DNA of 64,000 nt. Source: Eledone cirrhosa. Lineage: Eukaryota. Both the position numbers and the translations under genes were made by a program. The stretch is taken from contig OZ024754.1 in NCBI GenBank assembly GCA_964016885.1, forward strand, positions 27,032,001 through 27,096,000, written 5' to 3'. This document shows positions 54,897-64,000 of the stretch, piece after piece. Position 1 is the first letter of the stretch. The number at the start of each line of letters is the position of its first letter. The notes below the pieces were generated by a model. It made no database searches and was not told where the DNA came from. It saw nothing but the letters and a program-made list of their open reading frames with translations.

Positions 54897-55200
54897 CAAA
54901 CTGTGAAACATATTGTTTCATTTGTCCTTAGAATCTCCCCCCTTCCCGAACAACAATTTCACTTTGATTAGGTCGGGAGATCAATTCTCATAGGTTTGAA
55001 CTCTACAGGAATGAAATATCAATAATATGTTTGTAGGCAAGAAGGAAGCCAGTGTAATCTAATGTTTCATAACGATGGCTCGTGAGAGATATTTACGTTT
55101 CAATGTTAATGTTTACTTTTCATAGCACCATATGTTCAGTATGTTATATTTGAGGCGGGAGTGAATATTATATGGCAACTATTACTTTCTTACACACAGA

Positions 55201-55300
<100 letters not shown>

Positions 55301-55359
55301 CACACACACACACACACGCACACACACACATATATATATATATTCACTACTTCCCTTCT

Positions 55360-55491
55360 ACCAAATGCCACACAGAGGTCTTAGGTCAAACTGAGGCTAG
55401 AGTAGAAATCATTTACCCAAGGTGTCGCCCTCCCTGTAAGACTCAACTCGAAGCCACATGGTTGCGAAACGAACTCTTTAACCACACAGCT
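55360..55491 (-). mobile_element. Degenerate tRNA-derived SINE of a third family (relative at 33690-33800)
   Basis: tctaccaaat...ggtc....gaggcta.agtagaa...cccaaggtg...accacacagc pattern. Confidence 0.5.
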
Positions 55492-55779
55492 ATATATGCG
55501 CGCAATACTATTTAATGTTCGTATAAGGTTATATGAATGTATTGACGAAAATTCGGAACATCCCTAGACTAGGTAATCTCTACAATTCAATCTCAACTTG
55601 ATAGGTTCTGCTCTTTTTTTGCCTTTCAATTTTTTTATTCCATTTTCTCATTCAATTCCAGAGTTAAAACTCTACGCACTCTTTCACCCCCTGAATGAAA
55701 CCTCAATAAATTTCGAGATTTCAGTCAACCGAGAGAGAGAGAGAAAGAAAGAGAGAAAGAGAGATAGAGAGAGAGAGAG

Positions 55780-55826
<47 letters not shown>

Positions 55827-55828
55827 TG

Positions 55829-55900
<72 letters not shown>

Positions 55901-56104
55901 AATTTCATAATGTCTCACTGACTTCATACTATTTTCATTTGAATTTATTTACACATTCTGGTATCTTTATCATCTCCAATCAATGATGGACCAATTTTAG
56001 TCGAAGAATTGCGGTACTAAATTGAGGAATCCTGCACAGAACCAGAATGTGGATAAAAATCTCAGGAATTAAAAGGAATTATTTTTAGACTTCGAAGGAG
56101 CTAT

Positions 56105-56630
56105 AAATGTTGTTTTTGTTGCTGTGGTTGTTGTTACTGTCGAAGTTGTCCTTGCTGCTGCTGTTGTCGTTGTCGTTGTCGTTGTTGTTGTTGTTGTTGT
56201 TGTTGTTGCTGTTATTGTTATGGTAGTTATGTTGTTGTTGTTGTTACTTTGTTTTTGTTGCTGTGATGTTGTTGTTGTTGCTGCTCTAGTAATTGTTGTT
56301 TCTGTTGCTGTGGTTGTTGTTACTGTTGTGCTGCTGCTGTTGTTATTGCCGTGGTTGTTTTTGCTGTTGTTGATGTGGTTGCTGTTACCGTTGTTGTTGC
56401 CGCGGTTGTTGTTGCCGTGGTTGTTTTTGCTGTTGTTGCAGTGTTTGTTATTGCTGTTGTTGTTATTGCTGTTGTTGTTGTTGCCGTGGTTGTTTTTGCT
56501 GTTGTTGTTGTTACTGCTGTCGTTGCTGTTGCTTTTGTTGCATTGGTTGTTATTGCTGTGGTTGTTGTTGTGGATCATGATATAATTAACATAATCATCA
56601 TCACCATCATTATCATCATCAACAACACCA
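56105..56630. repeat. Degenerate (GTT/GCT)n trinucleotide array
   Basis: Directly visible. It produces poly-N, poly-T, poly-V and poly-L ORFs. Confidence 0.9.
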
Positions 56631-59199
56631 CAATCATTAAGCTCGCGGTGGATTGGCAGTATCAGTAGAGGGTCTGATGCCATGCTTTGACGCAAAGAGT
56701 TACGGCCCTTTATGATCTGAGTTCAAATCCCGCCGAGGTTAACTTTGCCTTTCATCCTTACGGGGTCGATAGAATAAAGTACCAGTAATACACTTGGATA
56801 ACTGCTGGCCTTGTGCCAAAAGTAGAAACAATTATAATATTTACTACTATTTATAAAAAACAACTAGATACATGTTTGTGAACAAGTATACAATTGTTGA
56901 AGGTTAAGAATAATGTTCAAATCACATCCAAACATAGCACATAGGATAATGTAGTACTAGATAGATTTGTCAAGGAAAAAAAAAAGGATGTTATAATCTG
57001 GATCTCAAACGTGACAGAGTTTATTTCCGCACGACGGAATTCCATCGATTTGTTCAGCCATGGGCCCTAAATTCCTAATAGGGTGGTAGTTAACTGTTGT
57101 GTCATACATTGTGTCTAAACGCAGCCTGTTATTTCGATCCCGCCGAGGTTAACTTTGCCTTTCATCCTTACGGGGTCGATAACATAAAGTACCAGTAATA
57201 CACTGGGGAATTGCTGGCCTTGTGCCAAAAGTAGAAACAGTTATTTCAAGATAAAGAATATGAGAAACAGAAAGTAAGCAATCTATAGAGGGAGAACCAC
57301 CACCCACCAGTATTCAGACCTGCCAACCTATAAAAACCCAAATGGGGAATACTATGAAAAAAAGTGCCCCCAAAACGGGGGGAAATGCGGCAAAATGGGG
57401 AGATTTTGCATAATGAAAGCTATACCCCTTGTCACTAGAGAAGATATCTCTCACCCATTCCAAAGTGGGTGGGAGATCTTCCCGTCGGACGGGGAGAGTT
57501 GACAGGTACTTTACTGCAGAAAAAACAAAGTTGACCTCGGTGGAGTTTGATCTAAGTGTATAGAACAATAGCGCGGTTATTGTTTGCAAAAATGGTGAAT
57601 TAGTTTTATAGTAAATGATGACAAAATACCATCTTTGAACTTTCCTATAATTTATTATTTTTATGGACAAAACGATTCTTCATTAATGTATAAATTATAA
57701 AGTAATTAATTTTAATTGTAAATGAATATTTATTCGAAACATAATAACTAGGTTGAGTATATTTGATTTATGACACATTAAATGTCAAATTTGTATTTCC
57801 AAAACAAACTATGTCGGTGTAGTCATAGTTATAATGTCTATTGTCGTGATAGTAGAGGGTAGTGGTCTTGCAGAATTGGTAGAACGTTGGATACAATGTC
57901 ATTGCGCTATTTGTTAAGGATTTTCAGTTCAAATACCGCCGGGGTCGACTTTTCTTTTCATCCTTTCGCAGTCGGTAAAATAAAGTACCAATCAAGTACT
58001 GGGGTTGATTTAATCAACTTCACCCTTCTCTAGATTTTCTGGCCTTATACCAATAGTAGAAATCAACATTGTAACAGTGGTACTCGTGCTTATTGAGATT
58101 AACAGAATTTTTAGAGCATGCTGTATTATATCTCGTAATATTTAGTTCTAGCCACTTACATTTTGAGTTCAGACCCTGCCAATGTTGGCTTCTCTATTCA
58201 CCCTTCTTGTGTCGATAAATAAATCATATCGATCAACGTTTGTTAGAAATCATCAATATAATGACGATTATGATTAACATAACCAAGTTTAACAAAAGAC
58301 CACAGATTTCAATGGGGGATTTAACTGATTATATTGATCTTAGTAAATTACAAATTCATATTTAATCGACCGTGGAATAGGAAAAAATGATGTAGTGCCC
58401 TATGTTATTTGAATTCAGGGCTTAACATTACTCTATATTTACTATTGTATTTTCACGGTAAACACTTTACCCCACATAATATCGAATCTATGAGATTTTG
58501 ATATTATTTATTTTGAGAATAATACCTTAACATCCGTATGAGTGGCAGGTTACATCTGGTTTGAACAGAAACAGTTGAAAGAATTCTGGCCAGATACGGC
58601 CGGTTTAAATGCTAAAGGGTTGAAGGAACATAACTAAACACCACATAACAATATATCCGATTAGCTTTCTTTTCTACTCATCCAAGGTCGTTTTTTACAC
58701 GTCTTTTGATGCTATTACCACTGTTAGTAGTAGCAAGAAAATATAGAAAAATTATGTGAAAAACATAAAAGAACTATACATTTAAGTAGAGGCAGGTGAT
58801 GAAATATTCTTGATACATATATTACCAGTGATATCAATCTAATTGTTTGCGATATAATGGACTAAGATCTAAATTAATAATATACACGTAATATATATCT
58901 AAATATATATCCTAAATATTATATATGTGCTGATGTCGTATTTAATATTTGTTGTCTTTACAATCAGTAAATGACGTTATTGTTTATCAGAAAAAAATAA
59001 AAGGTGATTTAAAATTAGTTTCTCTCTAATAGACTAGGCTTTATAGTAATAAAACATATCATCATCATGTTCATAGAGGAAAATTAGAGGAAAATAGTTT
59101 CGTTTCTTTTTAGTTTCATTACGAAAAATGTTCTTTTCTGGCAGCAAGGCTACCAAAAAAGAACATGTTTATATAGGTCTTCATGTACACACATAAAAG

Positions 59200-59237
<38 letters not shown>

Positions 59238-59933
59238 AATAATGATGGCTGCGCGTTGCAAATGGTGTGCATATGAAAAAGTAAGTCCTTCATCAGTGAC
59301 CCTCCAACCGTCCCAGGCATTTCATCGCTTTAAGGGCCATATACCTCAGGTTGGTGCGAACAACGGCTAAAAAAAGTCGTTGGGACACGTAAATAAAGGG
59401 GACATTAGGGTAACAAACAAAATGGTTTAAGCAACGGAAAGTGAGAAGAAATAGACAAGTCCCAGATTTCTATGAATATAAACTCGGTGAAATCGTGAAC
59501 AAGAGACAAAAGACCATCAAACCTGGTTGAAATGTGAGCAAGGAAGGAATTTCGCACAGATCTAACGGGGAGAAGAAGAAGAAGAAGAAGAAGAAGAAGA
59601 AGAAGAAGAAGAAGAAGAAGAAGAAGAAGAAGAAGAAGAAGAAGAAGAAGAAGAAGAAGAAGAAGAAGAAGAAGGGGTCTGGTCTACGAATTCGGTAAAC
59701 ATAAGTTTTGTGAAGTCGCAGACGAAAGAGAGAGAGAGAAAAAAAATTTCATACCGGCTTGACCAAGAACGCGCGAGAAAAGAATTACACACAGGTCAAA
59801 CGGGAAGAAAGAGGAGGAAAGAGGAGGAGGAGGAGGGGAGGTAGTGACAGAGAATGAGTGAGTGAAAGTTGAGGAGGAGGCTAACAGAGAGAGAGAGACT
59901 GCTAGAAAGGGTAAAGATACAAAGAACGAAACA

Positions 59934-60068
59934 GACCCCGACGGCAGAGCTCAAGCCGTTTCGACGGCTAATTCTGGACTGTTTCTATTACCCAATCTAC
60001 TACCCTGAGTATTGAGTACTTTGGTGCGTTATGGTCCATCTGGTTCCTTACCACATTTCCTTCGTTAT
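59934..60068. mobile_element. F1 fragment with an internal inversion (59934-59980 reversed, 59981-60068 forward)
   Basis: Adjacent F1 segments are joined in opposite orientation. Confidence 0.75.
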
Positions 60069-60095
60069 ATATATATATATATGTATATATATATG

Positions 60096-60512
60096 TAGGA
60101 GGTGAGTTTTATTGTAGTACAATAAAGCAATGCAGATATCGGATAAGAGCACTCTACAGTTTGTAGGACTGGAGTATACATAATATGTAAGAACAAAAGA
60201 TGGTTAAAAGAGTTCCATGTATTTTATTATGCGCATTTCAAAAACAAATATCATCATGCAATAATATTTGTGTTTTCATCAGATAAAACAGGAAGACATG
60301 ATATGAAGGTTAAAAAACACTTGTGGATAGTGCAGTTTTAAATCAACATATGTTGATTTAAAACTGTACTATCCACAAGTGTTTTTTAACCTTCATATCA
60401 TGTCTTCCTGTTTTATCTGATGAAAACACAAATATTATTGCATGATGATATTTGTTTTTGAAATGCGCATAATAAAATACATGGAACTCTTTTAACCATC
60501 TTTTGTTCTTAT
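60096..60512. mobile_element. Family F2 loopless palindrome (axis 60349/60350) with hammerheads at 60220-60290(-) and 60409-60479(+)
   Basis: ttttat CTGATGA aaacacaaatattattgcatgatgatatttgttttt GAAA tgcgca TA ataaaa. Arms are about 160 bp and near-identical. Confidence 0.88.
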
Positions 60513-60520
60513 ATATTATG

Positions 60521-60577
<57 letters not shown>

Positions 60578-61164
60578 CACATAAATATATATATATAAAT
60601 GTATATATATATATATATATATATATGCATATATGTATATAAATATATATCTATATATTTTTATATATATTTTCATACATATATATATATATACATATAT
60701 ATATTTATATATATATATATGTATATATATATGTATATATATATATGTATGTGTATATATATATATATGTGTGTGTTTGGGTGTGGGTGGGTGTGCGTGT
60801 GTATGTGTGAGTGTTTGTGTGTAGTATTTATGTTCCTTATCTTAGTAGAATCATTAAAGTGGTTATTTGTTTAGCAGGAAAAGGCTATTTAAACTTATTT
60901 TGTCTGACAGTTCTATTAGATTGCTTTCCAACACAGACATTTATTGTTAAGTAGTGGATAATATATTATTCTATATTCCATCTCCAAGACACATCTAAGA
61001 AGACATTTAAAGAAACATAAACTACCGGTATTCCATTCCATTCAGCAAGATAACCATCTCAAAGGATTCCTTCACCGAAAGCTTTTTAGTTTATCAAAAA
61101 CTTTTAGGAAACTAATATAATTTCTTTAAAAATTTATAGCTGTAAGGTGTATTTCAAAATATCG

Positions 61165-61221
<57 letters not shown>

Positions 61222-61458
61222 ATTAATATATATAGATGAATATATATAAATATTATACATATATATACATATATAACATATATACATACATATATATATA
61301 CATATATACATACACACACACATATATATATACAAATATATATATACACACACACACACATATATATATATATATGAATATTTGCGTAAATATATATATA
61401 TGTATATATGTATATATATGTATATATATATATATATGCATGCATATATATATATGTA

Positions 61459-61532
<74 letters not shown>

Positions 61533-61639
61533 TATATACATATATACATATATATGTATACATATACAAATATATACATATATACATATATATATATTTA
61601 CACAAATATACATATATACACAAATATATATATACATGA

Positions 61640-61760
<121 letters not shown>

Positions 61761-62007
61761 TGTGTGTGTGTATATACATATATTTTCATAGTTATTATAT
61801 TTTGTGATAATTTGAAATGTACATTCCGTCTTTAAAAGAAAACCTTCTTAGATAATATATAGCCAATATATTTCAACTGGTGGCATGCATAATAATAGAA
61901 GAAATGCGAGAATGTTTATGTAATGGTTGTCGACGAAACATTTTATGAATGGTACATATATATTCATATATTGCTGGTCTGATATGTGTTTATACACACA
62001 TAGATAA

Positions 62008-62365
62008 ATTTCTTTATTAGCCACAAGGGCACAAAAGAAGGGGACAAATACAAATGGAGAGTTTACATACGGGTATATGAAAATAAAACTATTAATACAA
62101 TAACAAATAACAATTGAAATCCCCACTAGGGAGGGGGGGGGGTGTTACACAGGGGTTGTACACACCCCGAAAAAATGTACCACCCTTATCTCCAGGAGCA
62201 CCAAGAGTGAGTACTCCCTTCCTCTCTTCCTCTTTTTCCTCAACCTACAGGCTTATATAGAGAGAAGGCCCAACCACTCGGGTCATCTTTTCCATATTCA
62301 CCCACCTTTTATAAAATTTGCTGGGGTACAGCAGCTCTCTCTCCATCCTGATTCTTCTTCCAAAA
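62008..62365 (-). mobile_element. 3' end of a Tx1-like LINE related to 21862-22250
   Basis: Shared terminus tttctttatt..ccacaagggc. Residual peptide RRIRMERELL aligns with RKIRVERQVL. Confidence 0.6.
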
Positions 62366-62403
62366 TGATATTTGAAAAAACGAATAGATACATAGCTATG
62401 TAC

Positions 62404-62543
<140 letters not shown>

Positions 62544-62759
62544 GGCCATGTCCGATATGTAGAAAAGGAGTTGGCATGAATTCTATAGAAAATACACAAT
62601 GCAGATGTTGGGTACACAAGATTAGTGGGATCGCAGCTAAAGTAACAGGTAGGGAAAACTACATATGCAGTAGATGTTCAGGGAAAGTTGAGAGTACTTA
62701 GGTGATCACATTAGCAACGGAGCAGGGTGCTCCGAGGCAGGGTGCTCCGAGAGTAACTG

Positions 62760-63049
62760 TGTATAAGAGGGATAAACTGTAGTGTGCGAGAGAAAAGTGT
62801 GCGTAGGTATGGACATGTGATGCACATGGAGAATGACCGGTGGGTAAGGTATTGCCAAGAAATCCTATTGGAAGGAATACGCAGTAGAGGAAGACGACGA
62901 AAATCATGGGAGAAGATGGTGAGAACAGACCTCAGATCGCTGAAGCTCACGGAGGAAATGACGAAGGACCGTGACAAGTTGAGAGATGCTGTGCTGAATA
63001 GGACCCGTCCCACCCTAGCAAGTAGGTGAAGCGGACATAAATGATGATG

Positions 63050-63051
<2 letters not shown>
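62760..63051 (+). mobile_element. RTE-clade LINE 3' fragment with a (GAT)n tail
   Basis: Reads YGHVMHMENDRWVR...GIRSRGRRRKSW...DRDKLR. Confidence 0.7.
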
Positions 63052-63107
<56 letters not shown>

Positions 63108-63198
63108 GTAATTCCGTCGGAAAAGTCCAGGAAAAAAGAGTGCTCTATGTAGGTAACAGAGCTTAATAGTTATGTAATAAACAACATAAGGCAATTAT

Positions 63199-63256
63199 TC
63201 CATTTACCAGTGGTTTCTTAAAAGCAAAACATTTTGCTATCAATCATCAGAATGAA
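63199..63256 (-). ncRNA. Type I hammerhead ribozyme
   Basis: ttcatt CTGATGA ttgat-agcaaaa-tg-ttttgct-tttaa GAAA cca-c-tgg TA aatgga. Cleavage triplet GUA. Confidence 0.75.
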
Positions 63257-64000
63257 AAAATCCTGGTGTATTTATTGATATTGGATTCTAAAAACAAAAA
63301 TGCAATCTATATGAAAGTGAGGCTGGAGAAGGAAGAAGGAAAGGAAACATAAAATAAAAACACACATGCAAACACACACACACACACAATTATATACATA
63401 CACACACATATATATATATATACATACACACATACATACACACACACATATACACATATATATGTGTATATATATACATACACATACATATACACATACA
63501 TACATACACACATAAATATCAACATATCCATACATACACATACATATATACAACCACACACACATATATACATATATATATATAGAAATAGAAATATATA
63601 TATATATGCATACACATACACATACATAGCCATACACACATACATATACATACATACATACATACACACAATCATACGTATATACACACGTACATACATA
63701 CACATACATACACACATATATACATGCATACATATGCATGCACAAAAATAGAAAAATATACACACACCTCTCTACATATTCACACACGCAAATAAATATA
63801 AGAAAAAATATATATAATAATAAAAGACATAAAAAGAAAATAAAGCCTATTATAAAGTTGACAGCGATACAGGCAACAAATAAATGAACCAACAGACGTG
63901 GTAAGCAATACACACAAATGCACGTACACATACATACGTAAAAATAAATACATACACACACTCTCACACATAAATATAGATATAAAAATACATAAACACA

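Noticed and set aside
56069-56695. 208-aa Asn/Thr-rich ORF
   Set aside because: It starts inside a SINE and runs through a trinucleotide repeat.

Overview
AT-rich, microsatellite-saturated animal genomic DNA. The repeat landscape strongly suggests an octopod cephalopod, but that is an inference. There is one host gene: a minus-strand class C GPCR, a group II-like metabotropic glutamate receptor, with two large coding exons (28381-27010 and 21756-20699). Its TM7/C-terminal exon was not found and probably lies left of base 1. The rest is intronic/intergenic retroelement debris: R4/Dong-type REL LINEs in (CATA)n and (TAA)n repeats, a Tx1/L1-clade LINE, RTE/RTE-X fragments, a bipartite non-autonomous RTE element, about 20 tRNA-derived SINE copies, and a Penelope-like GIY-YIG endonuclease remnant missed by the ORF track. 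The most striking unannotated signal is about 15 type I hammerhead-ribozyme motifs (CUGANGA...GAAA...UH) from several unrelated families. Most sit between (TA)n tracts, and many lie in fold-back palindromes carrying the ribozyme on both strands. They are best read as Penelope-like pLTR remnants, and many are in sense orientation to the mGluR pre-mRNA. Nearly all other listed ORFs are microsatellite artefacts. All folds and alignments were done by eye.
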